64,000 bases of DNA, from NCBI GenBank assembly GCA_039811685.1, contig JBDHZC010000002.1, forward strand, positions 352,001 through 416,000, written 5' to 3'. Origin of the DNA: Armatimonadota bacterium (lineage in GTDB: Bacteria; Armatimonadota; UBA5829; DSUL01). The position numbers were made by a program, and so were the translations under genes. The notes below the pieces were generated by a model, which searched no databases, was not told where the DNA came from, and saw only the letters and a program-made list of their open reading frames with translations. Positions 1-11,098 of the stretch are shown here, piece after piece; position 1 is the stretch's first letter; the number at the start of each line of letters is the position of its first letter.

Positions 1-1213
1 CGATGTGCCCCGGGTGGTCGTGCGGATAGACATAGCCTATGCCGCGCCCCAAACTCTGAGCGCCGCGGTATCCGCTACTTTTCAAATGAGGGGGCACCTC
101 AGCGGGTGGCCGGTTCCGGACGTCGTCCATCGCCGCCCCGATCGCTTTGTAGCTGGCGTTGGATTTGTGCGCGCACGCAAGATAAATGACCGCCTGCGCC
201 AGAGGAATCTGAGCTTCAGGCAGACCGACATAATCCACAGCCTGAGCTGCGGAAGTTGCCACTACCAGCGCCATAGGGTCTGCATTGCCGACATCCTCAG
301 CAGCCAGAATGACCATACGCCGCGCGATGTACTTCGGGTCTTCTCCGGCGGTTATCATTTTCGCCAGCCAGTAAAGCGCCGCGTCCGGGTCTGACCCGCG
401 CATACTCTTGATGAAGGCGGAGACTGTGTCGTAGCGGGCGTCACCGGCCTTATCGTAGTCCAGTATCCTCTGGCGCAACGCATCTTCCACCAGCCTGGCC
501 GTGATGACCCGCTCGTTCTCTTTGTCGTCCACCGCTCGGGGCGCAGCCATCTCCAGAGCGTTCAGCGCCGCGCGCGCATCCCCTCCAGCGACGTCCAGCA
601 GATGCGCCAGCGCGTCCTCTTCGATCGTAACGCTCAAAGCTCCCAGCCCGCGCTCCACGTCTGTCAGCGCGCGCATTACAAGCTCCCTGACGTCGTCCTG
701 TGTCAGCGGCTCAAACTGATAAATCCGGCAGCGTGACAGAAGTGGAGAGTTGACTTCAAAGTACGGGTTCTCCGTGGTCGCCCCTATCAGGACAATCAGC
801 CCCTGCTCCACATGCGGCAGAAATCCGTCCTGCTGCGTACGGTTGAAGCGGTGAATCTCATCCACAAACAGGATGGTCTGCCGGCCGGATAAAGCCATCT
901 CTTCAGCGGCTCGCGCAACTACTTTCCGCAGATCAGGCAGGCCGGAGGTTACGGCATTGAACGTTTCAAAAGCGGCGCCAGTGCTCTGTTCGATGACTGA
1001 AGCGAGTGTGGTCTTTCCACAACCCGGCGGTCCATAGAAGATCATTGAGGGAATCCGGCCCTGCTCGATCGCGCTGCGCAGCAGAGTGCCCGGCCCCGCA
1101 ATATGCTGCTGGCCAATAAACTCACTCAGGCTGCGCGGGCGCATACGTGTCGCAAGCGGGGCTTTTTGCTCCAGCATCTCCCGCCGGCCGGTATGCTCAA
1201 ACAGATCGGACAT
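1..1213 (-). CDS. rarA: Replication-associated recombination AAA+ ATPase RarA/MgsA (3' end runs off the window)
   Basis: Manual translation of the minus strand from ATG at 1213 gives MSDLFEH...[20 protein letters not shown], Walker [10 protein letters not shown], Walker [11 protein letters not shown], and [18 protein letters not shown]. It is absent from the ORF track because the stop lies outside the window. Confidence 0.95.
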   Translation of the reverse strand, partial: MSDLFEHTGRREMLEQKAPLATRMRPRSLSEFIGQQHIAGPGTLLRSAIEQGRIPSMIFYGPPGCGKTTLASVIEQSTGAAFETFNAVTSGLPDLRKVVARAAEEMALSGRQTILFVDEIHRFNRTQQDGFLPHVEQGLIVLIGATTENPYFEVNSPLLSRCRIYQFEPLTQDDVRELVMRALTDVERGLGALSVTIEEDALAHLLDVAGGDARAALNALEMAAPRAVDDKENERVITARLVEDALRQRILDYDKAGDARYDTVSAFIKSMRGSDPDAALYWLAKMITAGEDPKYIARRMVILAAEDVGNADPMALVVATSAAQAVDYVGLPEAQIPLAQAVIYLACAHKSNASYKAIGAAMDDVRNRPPAEVPPHLKSSGYRGAQSLGRGIGYVYPHDHPGHI

Positions 1214-1413
1214 CTTATGGGCATGTTTGCTGATTTGCGCAGCAATCGCAAGGATGTTCGGTCTCCGGCTTACCACACTCAGCACCTCTCGTGAAGCGGC
1301 GGGCATGCAGTTGCCACCTGGTGTTATGACAAACCCGGTATACATCGTCTGTAGAATGCAGCGCGGCGTATGAGCATCAGTCGCGGCTTTTGCGTCCGGC
1401 GAGGATGAGATCG

Positions 1414-2766
1414 ATGATGGATACTTCAGAGAAGAAAATCGCGCATTTACTGCGTAGAGCGGGTTTTGGCGCCAGCCGCGATCAGCTTGACTACTACGTC
1501 TCAAAGGGGCTGGCGGCCACAGTCACGGAGTTGGTGGACTATCAGCAGACGCCCAATCCGTTTGACAAGCCTCAACCAACGCCGCTGGGCAAGGAACTGC
1601 GCCCACAGGACGTGCGAAGCTGGTGGATCGAGCGCATGCTCTACACAACGCGCCCGCTGGAAGAGAAGATGACTCTGTTCTGGCACAACCACTTCGCCAC
1701 CGCTGTCTCAAAGGTGCGCAACGCCGGGTACATCCTCCAGCAGAATCAGCTTTTTCGGAAACATGCGCTCGGCAACTTCCGCACGCTGCTCAAGCAGGTC
1801 AGCCGCGATCCGGCCATGGTCGTGTGGCTGGACAACAACCGCAATCGCAAAGCCAGCCCCAATGAAAACTATGCCCGGGAGTTGATGGAGCTTTTCACTC
1901 TCGGGATAGGACACTACACCGAGCAGGATGTCAAACAGGCGGCGCGCGCCTTTACCGGCTGGTTTGCTGCTCCTAGAGGGGACGGCTTCCATTTTCTGCC
2001 CCGTGCGCATGACTTCGGCCAGAAGACGTTTCTCGGCAGACAGGGCGCCTTTGACGGCGACGACATTGTCGATATCATTCTGGAACAGGAGCAGGCGCCG
2101 AAGTTTCTGGCGCGCAAGCTGGTGAAGTTTTTCATCACTGACGATCCTTCTGAGGCATTGATTACCATGTTCGCCGCGCTCATCCGCGAGAACGACTATG
2201 AAATCAAGCCTGTGGTGGAGCGGATTCTGCGCTCAGAGGCGTTCTACGCACCGGAGCATCGCTATGCCAAAGTGAAAAGCCCCGCTGAGTATGTCATCGG
2301 GAGCGCGCGCATGCTCTGCGGCCCGATCCCTTCAGCAGCTATGCCCGCTGTAACCCGGACGCTGGGGACTTTTATGCGCCAGATGGGTCAGGACCTGTTG
2401 AACCCGCCGAATGTCAAAGGCTGGGACGGCGGGCGCACGTGGATTACCACCAGCGCTATGCTCAGCCGGGCCAATCTTGCGGCAGCTTTTCTGGGTGGCC
2501 GCCGGGGTCTGTCAGCAGGCCGCAGGCGCTCACTTCAGGGCGCACAGGCGCCGCTGGTTGACGTGGAGGCTTTGCTCGGGTCTTCCAATGGCGGGGCTGC
2601 CGCAGCGCCAGCGGAGATCGTTGGCCGCCTTGGGTCAGCGATGGGCGCAATGGACATCTCTGCGGGCGCCAGGACCGTTCTCAACGAGTATCTCGCATCC
2701 AGCGGAGGCTCGGCGAGAGTGGCGCTTCAGATGCTCATGGCCTCCGCAGAGTTTCAACTGTCTTGA
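1414..2766 (+). CDS. DUF1800 family protein
   Basis: Motifs HLLRRAGFG, LEEKMTLFWHNHFAT, PNENYARELMELFTLG and PPNVKGW. GAGGA RBS at 1401. Sits next to a DUF1501 gene, the usual partner. Confidence 0.9.
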   Translation: MMDTSEKKIAHLLRRAGFGASRDQLDYYVSKGLAATVTELVDYQQTPNPFDKPQPTPLGKELRPQDVRSWWIERMLYTTRPLEEKMTLFWHNHFATAVSKVRNAGYILQQNQLFRKHALGNFRTLLKQVSRDPAMVVWLDNNRNRKASPNENYARELMELFTLGIGHYTEQDVKQAARAFTGWFAAPRGDGFHFLPRAHDFGQKTFLGRQGAFDGDDIVDIILEQEQAPKFLARKLVKFFITDDPSEALITMFAALIRENDYEIKPVVERILRSEAFYAPEHRYAKVKSPAEYVIGSARMLCGPIPSAAMPAVTRTLGTFMRQMGQDLLNPPNVKGWDGGRTWITTSAMLSRANLAAAFLGGRRGLSAGRRRSLQGAQAPLVDVEALLGSSNGGAAAAPAEIVGRLGSAMGAMDISAGARTVLNEYLASSGGSARVALQMLMASAEFQLS

Positions 2767-2782
2767 AGAAAGAGCGACGCAC

Positions 2783-3994
2783 ATGGCTTTGACACGAAGA
2801 CAATTTCTGAAGAGTGGCACAATCGCAGTTTCAGGGGCGGTGTTCCTTCCCCCGTGGCTGCAGGCCGTGGCAGAAGCGGCCGATCAGAGTCCTTCCAGCA
2901 GCAAAATCCTCGTCGTCGTGGAGTTGGCGGGCGGAAATGACGGCCTGAATACGGTCATTCCTTACAAGGATGGCAAGTACCGGGACTTGCGCAAAGTCAT
3001 CGGCATTGACCAGAGTAAAGCCCTGCCGATTACTGCGGAGCTTGCGCTGCATCCGGCTATGAGCAGGATGCAGGCTTTGTTCCAAGCGAGGAAGCTGGCA
3101 GTTATTGAGGGCGCGGGCTATCCCAATCCAAACCGCTCGCACTTTCGTTCCATGGAGATATGGCAGACGGCAAATCCCACATCTGTTGAATACTATGGGT
3201 GGCTGGGACGCTATCTCGACGAGGACGGACACCCGCGCAACCCTTTACAGGCCGTAATGCTGGGGGATCAGCTTGCGCAGTCGCTTCTGGCCCAAGACGC
3301 TGATGTGCCTCTGATTGAGGACATCCAGAGTTACAGCTTTGTAGCGGCCGACGGACCCAGGGACAAGGCTCTTGCGTTGCTGAAGCGCCTCCACTCTCAG
3401 GCCGCCCCTAAAAACTCCGCACGGGAGCACATTCAGACGGTCAGCCTGGAGGCGATAAGCTCGTCCGAAGAACTGCGAGCCAGGGTCAAAGAATCTGCGG
3501 CAGGCTACCCGGACACAGCGTTTGCTAACCAACTGAAGGAGATCGCACAGATCATCGGCGGCAACGTAGGCACGGCTGTCGCCTACGCCAGACTCGGCGG
3601 CTTCGACACCCATGCCAACCAGGCGACGCGCCAGCAACAGCTCCTGACGAGCCTTTCTGAGGGGCTGGATGCTTTCTGGAAAGACGTCACCTCGCGCGGG
3701 CTGGCGGATCGCGTGCTGCTTTTCACCTTCAGTGAGTTTGGCCGGCGTGCCCGGGAGAACGGAGGCGCGGGGACGGATCACGGGACCGCCGGTCCCATGT
3801 TTGTGCTTGGTGGCGCGGTGAAGGGGGGACAGGTTTACGGCGACCCGCCGGATCTGCGAAATCTGGACGGCAATGGCGACCTGAAGTATCAGATTGATTT
3901 CCGCCGGGTTTACTCCTCTGTTCTCTCACGCTGGCTCGGCGCTGACCCCGAAAAAGTGCTCGGCGCGAGGTATGAGCCACTCGCGTTTATCTAA
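2783..3994 (+). CDS. DUF1501 family protein, Tat-exported
   Basis: Tat signal MALTRRQFLK. Motifs LAGGNDGLNTVIP, PNRSHFRSMEIW, GGFDTHANQ, FSEFGRR and GTDHG. The ORF track start at 2411 is an over-extension. Confidence 0.9.
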   Translation: MALTRRQFLKSGTIAVSGAVFLPPWLQAVAEAADQSPSSSKILVVVELAGGNDGLNTVIPYKDGKYRDLRKVIGIDQSKALPITAELALHPAMSRMQALFQARKLAVIEGAGYPNPNRSHFRSMEIWQTANPTSVEYYGWLGRYLDEDGHPRNPLQAVMLGDQLAQSLLAQDADVPLIEDIQSYSFVAADGPRDKALALLKRLHSQAAPKNSAREHIQTVSLEAISSSEELRARVKESAAGYPDTAFANQLKEIAQIIGGNVGTAVAYARLGGFDTHANQATRQQQLLTSLSEGLDAFWKDVTSRGLADRVLLFTFSEFGRRARENGGAGTDHGTAGPMFVLGGAVKGGQVYGDPPDLRNLDGNGDLKYQIDFRRVYSSVLSRWLGADPEKVLGARYEPLAFI

Positions 3995-4025
3995 CGCGTC
4001 CTTCTCCGGGTAGTGAACAGAGAAA

Positions 4026-4045
4026 CACTGAACGGCGGTTCAGTG
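4026..4045. terminator. Stem-loop downstream of the DUF1501 gene
   Basis: CACTGAAC-GGCG-GTTCAGTG, a perfect 8-bp stem. No strong U tract on the + strand. Confidence 0.4.
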
Positions 4046-4217
4046 CGCCTGCGGCTGCGCGCATGGTACAATCGCCTGCCGCACCGCCTGAGAGCATAAC
4101 CCGCCAGCTTTGGCCCGGCGCGTTCTTCGCGCCGGGTATTGCCGTGCGTACGGCAATGTGATCTTGTGCTTGTTTCGCGAACTGGGGCGGCCATTTGCAC
4201 GTTAGATTACAGGACAT

Positions 4218-7200
4218 ATGTCACTGAAACTTCTCAAGAATATCCTCTGCCAGAAAGAGCCTCTTCGCCAGATACGAAAGCTACTCGACGGCGACGCGGG
4301 CCCGATTGCCGTTGAAGAGATCGCGTCGGAAGTCAAACCGCTGCTTGCTTCCTGCGTTGCCACAGATCAGAAAAGCGTCACTGCTATTGTCGCGTATTCC
4401 GAAGAAGAGGCGGAGCGTCTCTGGGAGGGATTGCTGGCGTATGGCCTTGAAGAGGAGCGGCTGTTTCTGATTCCAGCCGCTGAGAGTCTGCTGTTCTGCG
4501 ACGGCGCTCCGGACTGGAATATCGTTGGCGCCAGAGTCAGAGCGCTGACGCAGCTTGCGCTCGGGCGCGGTGGCGTGCTGATCCTGCCTCTGAGCGCAGC
4601 GCTTATGCGCACCTGTCTGAAAAGTGACTTTGCGGCGGCGATTCAGCAGGTTGAAGTCGGCGCGCAGCTAGACATTCACAAGCTGGCGACAACGCTGGCC
4701 ATCACCGGCTACCGGCGCGCTGATCTGGTCACTGAGACGGGGCAATTCGCCATTCGTGGCGGTCTGCTGGACATCTGGCCGCCTACTGAAAACTCACCCG
4801 TACGTATCGAGCTCTTTGACGATGAGGTCGAATCTATTCGCCCGTTTGATCCCGAGACGCAGCGCTCTGGTGGCTCATTGCCGGAGGTGGTTGTGCCACC
4901 CGGGCGGGAAGTCCTCATCGGAGAAAGAGGTGAGCGGGCGGCTGATTTGTGTCAGGAGCGCCTTGATGAGCAGATTGAGAAGCTGCGCAATGAGGGACGC
5001 GCACCGGATGCGGAAGCCCTGGAGTTGCGCGTCAGCGAGCACATTTCGTCGCTCCGACAGGGCGCCTCTTTTGATGGTCTGGAGTACTACCTTCCGTTCC
5101 TGGTCTCAGAGGAAAGCTGCCTGCTTGACTGGCTGCCGGCGAATGCGGTGATTCTGTGGGATGAGCCGGGACTGTCCGAGAGTGGCTGGGACCGGCTGAG
5201 AGAAGAGCTCACGGAAATCTACTTCAGCCGCGCCGAACGCGGGCAGGCGCTGGCCGCCGAACACGAGCGTCACGTAAGTCTCGAGCACGCGCGGCAGAGC
5301 ATGCTGAAGCGGCGCTGCGTTGTCATGTCCAGCCTGCCAAACGAAGCCCGATGGCTGAGCGCGGCACAGCGCATCTCCCTGCCTTCTTCTGGAATGGAGA
5401 CCTTTGGCGCTCAGGTGGGAGTCTTTGCGGAGAACGCCAAAAAATGGATCAGCCACGATCTTGGCGTTGTTGTAGTTACCCCACAGGTCTTGCGGGTTGG
5501 GCAGATGCTCTTGGAGCTGGATGTGCGGCCTGTTCACGGAGAGTTGCGCGGTGAAGTAGAAACAGGTGTCACGGTCATAGAAGGCTCTCTTCCCGCAGGC
5601 TACAGGCTGCCGGGCGCCGGCGTTGTTGTGGTTGCCGATGCGGATATTTTCGAGGCTGCCGTTGTGCGACGTCCGCGGATGAGCCGGCGCGACGCCCGGC
5701 CGATTGCAAGTATCTCTGATATCAAAGCGGGCGACTATATCGTCCACGTCCATCACGGCATTGGCGTTTACCGCGGCATGGCCAACCTCAACGGACGGGA
5801 CTTTCTTTTTCTGGAGTACGCGGGCGGCGACAAGCTCTACGTCCCCGCAGACCAGATGGATCGGGTGCAGAAATACTCCTCTGCTGAAGCCATTCCCCCA
5901 ACTGTTCACCGCCTGGGCGGCAGCGACTGGGCGAGAACCAAAAAGAAGGTCAAAGCTTCTGTAAGGGAGATGGCCAAAGAGTTGCTGCAGGTGTACGCGG
6001 CGCGTGAAGCGCTGGGAGGCTACGGCTTTCCGCCGGATACACCGTGGCAGCGGGAGATGGAGCAGGCGTTTCCGTTTACGGAGACTGGAGACCAGGAACG
6101 GGCAATTGAGGATGTAAAGCGCGACCTTCAGGAAACCAGACCCATGGACCGCCTGATCTGTGGGGATGTCGGGTTCGGCAAGACGGAAGTGGCCATGCGC
6201 GCGGCCTTCAAGGTGGTGCTGGACGGCAAGCAGGTGGCCGTGCTGTGTCCCACGACTGTCCTGGCGCAGCAGCATTTCAATGTCTTTTCAGAGCGGCTGG
6301 CCGCTTTTCCCTTGAAGGTGGAGATGCTCTCACGCTTCCGCTCCGCTAAGGAGCAGCAGGCGATTCTGGAAGATCTGCGAGCTGGCAACGTGGACATTGT
6401 AATCGGCACACACCGGCTGCTGTCCAAAGATGTCGAGTTCAAGAATCTGGGTCTGGTAGTCGTTGATGAAGAGCAGCGCTTCGGGGTCAGCCACAAGGAG
6501 CGCTTGAAGCAGATGCGCCTGTCGGTGGATGTGCTGACGCTCACAGCGACGCCTATTCCCAGAACTCTTCACATGTCGCTGGCAGGTATCCGGGACATGA
6601 GCGTTGTAAACGAAGCGCCCGAAGGGCGCATCCCGGTCCGGACGTATGTGCGCGAGTTTGACGACAATCTGGTGCGCGAAGCGATTGTGCGAGAACTGGA
6701 CAGAGACGGCCAGATATTTGTAGTGCACAACCGCGTAGAGTCAATCGGCCAGCTTGCCGATCGCATCGCCAGGCTCGTGCCTCACGCGCGAATTGCTATC
6801 GGGCATGGACAGATGAGCGAACATGAGCTCGAGAGAGTGATGCTCGACTTCTACCACAACAAGTTTGACGTGCTTGTGTCCACAACGATTATTGAGAGTG
6901 GACTGGATATTCCAAACGCAAACACTATCATCGTCAACAACGCGGATAAGTTCGGGCTGGCTCAGCTTTACCAGCTGCGCGGGCGTGTTGGCCGCAGTCC
7001 ACGCCAGGCTTACGCCTACCTGCTGTACAAATCCGATCTGGTTCTTTCTGAAGTCGCCGAAAAACGCCTGGCGGCCATTCGTGAGTTCGCGGACCTGGGC
7101 TCTGGATTCAAGATCGCGATGCGGGATCTGGAGATCCGCGGAGCGGGTAACATTCTGGGAGCCGAGCAGCACGGTCAGATGCTCTCCGTCGGCTTTGACA

Positions 7201-7742
7201 TGTACTGTCACCTGCTGGCGCAGGCTGTGAAGGAGCTGAAAGGGGAAGAGCTACCAGAAGAAAAAGCTCTGCCGCCAGCCGACATCTCAGTAGAGGCGTT
7301 TATTCCGACTGACTACGTCTCCAACGAAGGCATGCGTATTTCACTGTACCGCAGGATGAGCTCTTTGGTCACTGAAGAAGCGGCTGTGAAGCTGGAAGAG
7401 GAGCTGGCCGACCGGTTCGGGGCGCTGCCAGATCCGGTTCGCAACGCGCTGGCGCTTCTGAAGCTGCGCATAGAGTGCGACCGCGTCGGTGTACAGTCCG
7501 TCCGCGAAGACAACGGGCGCATTGTCGTGTCTCTCGGCGCAGGAGTGAGCCTGCCGCCAGAAGCGATACGGCAACTCAAAAAGGCTTTCCCGGAGCACAT
7601 CTGGGAACCGAGACAGGTGCGCTTGCTCGCAGGAAAGAGCAGTCCCCTTGACATGGTCAGCGAGTTTCTGCGCCTGGCGAGAAAAGCTCTCAACCCATCT
7701 TCAGAAACCCCAAAAAGACGCCCGCTGACCGCGAGAGTGTGA
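4218..7742 (+). CDS. mfd: Transcription-repair coupling factor Mfd
   Basis: UvrB-homology N-terminus, RID (GDYIVHVHHGIG), MDRLICGDVGFGKTEVA, DEEQRFGV, TATPIPRTL, QLRGRVGRS and a TRCF C-terminus. Confidence 0.98.
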   Translation: MSLKLLKNILCQKEPLRQIRKLLDGDAGPIAVEEIASEVKPLLASCVATDQKSVTAIVAYSEEEAERLWEGLLAYGLEEERLFLIPAAESLLFCDGAPDWNIVGARVRALTQLALGRGGVLILPLSAALMRTCLKSDFAAAIQQVEVGAQLDIHKLATTLAITGYRRADLVTETGQFAIRGGLLDIWPPTENSPVRIELFDDEVESIRPFDPETQRSGGSLPEVVVPPGREVLIGERGERAADLCQERLDEQIEKLRNEGRAPDAEALELRVSEHISSLRQGASFDGLEYYLPFLVSEESCLLDWLPANAVILWDEPGLSESGWDRLREELTEIYFSRAERGQALAAEHERHVSLEHARQSMLKRRCVVMSSLPNEARWLSAAQRISLPSSGMETFGAQVGVFAENAKKWISHDLGVVVVTPQVLRVGQMLLELDVRPVHGELRGEVETGVTVIEGSLPAGYRLPGAGVVVVADADIFEAAVVRRPRMSRRDARPIASISDIKAGDYIVHVHHGIGVYRGMANLNGRDFLFLEYAGGDKLYVPADQMDRVQKYSSAEAIPPTVHRLGGSDWARTKKKVKASVREMAKELLQVYAAREALGGYGFPPDTPWQREMEQAFPFTETGDQERAIEDVKRDLQETRPMDRLICGDVGFGKTEVAMRAAFKVVLDGKQVAVLCPTTVLAQQHFNVFSERLAAFPLKVEMLSRFRSAKEQQAILEDLRAGNVDIVIGTHRLLSKDVEFKNLGLVVVDEEQRFGVSHKERLKQMRLSVDVLTLTATPIPRTLHMSLAGIRDMSVVNEAPEGRIPVRTYVREFDDNLVREAIVRELDRDGQIFVVHNRVESIGQLADRIARLVPHARIAIGHGQMSEHELERVMLDFYHNKFDVLVSTTIIESGLDIPNANTIIVNNADKFGLAQLYQLRGRVGRSPRQAYAYLLYKSDLVLSEVAEKRLAAIREFADLGSGFKIAMRDLEIRGAGNILGAEQHGQMLSVGFDMYCHLLAQAVKELKGEELPEEKALPPADISVEAFIPTDYVSNEGMRISLYRRMSSLVTEEAAVKLEEELADRFGALPDPVRNALALLKLRIECDRVGVQSVREDNGRIVVSLGAGVSLPPEAIRQLKKAFPEHIWEPRQVRLLAGKSSPLDMVSEFLRLARKALNPSSETPKRRPLTARV

Positions 7743-8031
7743 GGCAGGATAGCAGACTCCGGTGGTCAGCCCAGACAAGCCGGACGATCCTGATTCAGGC
7801 GGCTTCCCAGACAAAAGCGCAACGGTGCATGAATCTGTTTGTCCACTTACGCCAGAGAGATATTTGAGCGCAAGGCGCAACCTTCCCGCATCTCCGGCTC
7901 TCTGAAGCTGTGCGATGTTTTGGGTAGAATCGCGGTAATGAGCTGCGTTGACGCTTCATTGCCGGCTGGCTGCGGCAGTCTTTGGAGGACGATGGATGTT
8001 GACGCAAACTCGTAAGCACTGGAGGAGATAC

Positions 8032-8523
8032 ATGATCAGTAAAATTCTTAGCTTGGATACCAGGCGCGCCTTGATGGGCGTACTAGCGGCTGGGGCTGCG
8101 CTTATCATGACCACAGCGGGCACTCTCGTCGCCCAGGGAGCGGCCGGGAACGCGGACTGGAGCGATCCGCAGGCGCGTGAGGCGGCAGGTCTTTGCGCAC
8201 AGCCCGCGCAGGTATCGCTGGCCGGGCAGGTAGTCCTGCGTATTCACGCACCGGCCGCCGGCAAGACCTGCCAGCAGAGAGCGGATATCGTCCAGCAAAG
8301 GATCGTGGACGCTCTGAGCATTGGTGTGCTCTATCCGAAAGATATTCACGTGCAGAAGCAGCGCGGTGAGTGGGCGATATTTGTGAAAGACATCCTTATC
8401 ATCACCGCTGACGCCACCTCCGCCAAAGTCAACCACACAACAGCGCCAAAGCTGGCGGAGATGTGGGCCAACAACCTGCGTAAGACCCTCCCGGAATCTA
8501 CACCTCAAAAACCTGGACTCTAG
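8032..8523 (+). CDS. Secreted hypothetical protein
   Basis: GGAGGA RBS, then a signal-peptide-like N-terminus and a globular domain of about 100 aa. Confidence 0.75.
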   Translation: MISKILSLDTRRALMGVLAAGAALIMTTAGTLVAQGAAGNADWSDPQAREAAGLCAQPAQVSLAGQVVLRIHAPAAGKTCQQRADIVQQRIVDALSIGVLYPKDIHVQKQRGEWAIFVKDILIITADATSAKVNHTTAPKLAEMWANNLRKTLPESTPQKPGL

Positions 8524-8693
8524 GAGCAAGCCCGGTTGGACTTTAGCGCCTTGGCCAGTAGCCTGGCGCTGAATAGCCTTTGAGAGGGGAGCAGTGAAAT
8601 TTGCGCGCTGCTCCCTTTGTTCTGTGTGGCCGGTATTTTCGAACAGGTGTTCACGGCTGAGACGCAGACGTGGTATACTGTGCGGCGTCTGCT

Positions 8694-11000
8694 ATGCAAA
8701 GGACTGCTACAAAGAGACGCTCTTCCTCGCACCCTCCCACGCCCCTTGCCGGTGACCTGGCGGGCATAGCGGTCATCGCCATTGGCGTGGTGAGTCTGGT
8801 CAGCGTCGCCTCTCCTCAGGAGGCCGGTGAGTTTGGCCGCGACATCAACTCGGTATTGCGGCTTCTCGCGGGAATCGGCGCCTATCTGTTTCCGCTGCTG
8901 GCGATTGGCGCTGGCGTGACGCTGTTGTTTGGCCAACTGCGCGTTCCGCTGACACGCCGCCTGTTTGCCGCCGCAGGACTGTGGGTCGTCGTCATCAGTT
9001 GGCTGCATGTGTCTATCTCCGGGGGCAATCCGAGGCCAGATGTTTACTTCCAGCCGGCTCTGATGCGCCTCGGCGGAGGGTATATCGGCGCGGGCGTCTC
9101 GTACTTCCTGCTGGTTGCTCTTGGCAAAGTGTCAACGCTGGTGGTTCTGGGCGCTCTGGCGCTGGCGCTGGCTATGGTGACAGTCGATGTAGCGCTGTTT
9201 TCCCAGATTGCGGGGTTTGTTCGCAATCTGCGTACGCAGCAGCCAGAAGATCCGGCGGCGCGAAAGCCGCGGACTGATCCCCGAGCCGCATCCAAAACAT
9301 CCGGTGACGACGAGGACGAAAGCTCCTCTGCGGAGCCAAAAGTGGACCGGCGCAGTATGATTGCGCGCGCCATTGAGGCGCGCAAGCGCCAGAGCGAGGA
9401 GCAACAGACTGACTCACCGGCAGGCCCTGAGCGTCAGATCTCCGTCAACGGACACGCAAAGAATGGCGCTCAGCAGCCTGCCCTCTCACTGGAAGACATT
9501 CCGCCACAGGACAAAGAGTTCGTCCTTCCACCCCTCGAGATTCTGGAAGAGCCACCGCCCACTCCGGAGCGCAGCGCGGATGAGCTGAACGAAAACGTTG
9601 AGATCATAGAGCGCACGCTCAGCGACTTCAAGATTGAAGCCAACGTGGTGGAGATTGCTCACGGGCCGACCGTCACGCGCTACGAAATCGAGCTTGCGCC
9701 AGGCATCCGAGTCAACAAAATTGTCAGCCTGGCCGACAACATCGCCATGTCTCTGTCGGCGATTAATGTCCGCGTGGAAGCGCCGATTCCCGGAAAGGCG
9801 GCCATCGGCGTGGAGGTGCCAAATCGCCACCGGGGTATGGTCGGGCTCAAAGACCTGCTGCGCAGCCCTGACATGGTCAATCACCCGTCCAAACTCGCCT
9901 TCCCGCTGGGCTTTGACGTCTCGGGGCAGCCGATTATTGCGGACCTGGCGGAGATGCCGCATCTGCTGGTGGCGGGTGCGACAGGCATGGGCAAGAGCGT
10001 GATGCTCAACGCACTCATCAGCAGCCTGCTGTTCCGCTCGACACCCGGCGAAGTGCGCATGGTTATGATCGATCCAAAGCGGGTCGAGTTGAGTCTTTTT
10101 GACGGCGTAGCGCACCTCTGCTCACCCGTCATTCGCAACGTGCGCGGCGCGGCTGGCATCTTCAAGGCGGCCGTGCAGGAGATGGACCGCCGCTACGACC
10201 GACTGGAGCAGAAAGGCACCCGCAACATCCACAACTTCAACACTCAGGTGGAGCCTTCCGAACGCATGCCCTACATTGTGATTGTGGTGGATGAGCTGGC
10301 GGATTTGATGATGCAGGCGGCACAGGAAGTGGAAGGGAGCATCGTTCGTCTGGCGCAGCTTGCGCGCGCCGTGGGCATCCATCTTGTGCTCGCGACCCAG
10401 CGCCCAAGTGTGGACGTGGTGACGGGTCTCATCAAAGCCAATATCGCCAGCCGCGTCGCCTTTGCGGTGTCATCCCACATTGACAGCCGAACAATTCTGG
10501 ACGTCAACGGCGCTGAGAGGCTGATTGGCAAAGGAGACATGCTTTTCCGGCCGATGGACGCGCCCAAGCCTATGCGCATCCAGGGGGCCTTTATCTCGGA
10601 GGGCGAGGTCAAGAAGCTGGTGGAGCACCTCAAAGGGCAGCGCAAGCCCGAATATACGCTCACACCCGTTGAAACGGGAGCTGCGGGAGAGGGCGGCGCA
10701 AGAGGCGCTGGAGACGATCCTGCTCTGGCGGATGAGTTCTATCTACCCGCTGTGGAGATGGTGATCCGGCAGGGAAGAGCCTCAACGTCAATGATCCAGC
10801 GCCGATTCAGAATTGGGTATACCCGGGCGGCGAGACTCGTGGATGCTATGGAGCAGCAGGGGCTGGTCGGCGCAGCGGACGGGGCAAATCCACGGGAAGT
10901 TCTGGTCTCACCGGAGCGAATAGACGAGATTCTCGGCCTGCCGCCCTCGGGCTCCCCGTCCGACGACGATTACGAACCCGAAGAAGACGACGCATTCTAA
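8694..11000 (+). CDS. ftsK: DNA translocase FtsK/SpoIIIE
   Basis: N-terminal TM domain, linker, MPHLLVAGATGMGKS, IVVDELADLMM, LATQRPSVDV, and gamma domain ASTSMIQRRFRIGYTRAARL. Confidence 0.97.
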   Translation: MQRTATKRRSSSHPPTPLAGDLAGIAVIAIGVVSLVSVASPQEAGEFGRDINSVLRLLAGIGAYLFPLLAIGAGVTLLFGQLRVPLTRRLFAAAGLWVVVISWLHVSISGGNPRPDVYFQPALMRLGGGYIGAGVSYFLLVALGKVSTLVVLGALALALAMVTVDVALFSQIAGFVRNLRTQQPEDPAARKPRTDPRAASKTSGDDEDESSSAEPKVDRRSMIARAIEARKRQSEEQQTDSPAGPERQISVNGHAKNGAQQPALSLEDIPPQDKEFVLPPLEILEEPPPTPERSADELNENVEIIERTLSDFKIEANVVEIAHGPTVTRYEIELAPGIRVNKIVSLADNIAMSLSAINVRVEAPIPGKAAIGVEVPNRHRGMVGLKDLLRSPDMVNHPSKLAFPLGFDVSGQPIIADLAEMPHLLVAGATGMGKSVMLNALISSLLFRSTPGEVRMVMIDPKRVELSLFDGVAHLCSPVIRNVRGAAGIFKAAVQEMDRRYDRLEQKGTRNIHNFNTQVEPSERMPYIVIVVDELADLMMQAAQEVEGSIVRLAQLARAVGIHLVLATQRPSVDVVTGLIKANIASRVAFAVSSHIDSRTILDVNGAERLIGKGDMLFRPMDAPKPMRIQGAFISEGEVKKLVEHLKGQRKPEYTLTPVETGAAGEGGARGAGDDPALADEFYLPAVEMVIRQGRASTSMIQRRFRIGYTRAARLVDAMEQQGLVGAADGANPREVLVSPERIDEILGLPPSGSPSDDDYEPEEDDAF

Positions 11001-11098
11001 ACCTGCCCAGTGTGGCGCGCGTTGCCAAATCTCGCTGTTCGCGGCATACTTGTAAGCTGAGCAGTTGACACGACTTCACCGACTTCGGAGGACCTATT

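Noticed and set aside
1214..1413. 6S RNA next to rarA (a known synteny in some bacteria)
   Set aside because: I could not build a long rod-like hairpin with a central bubble. The gap reads as a divergent promoter region.
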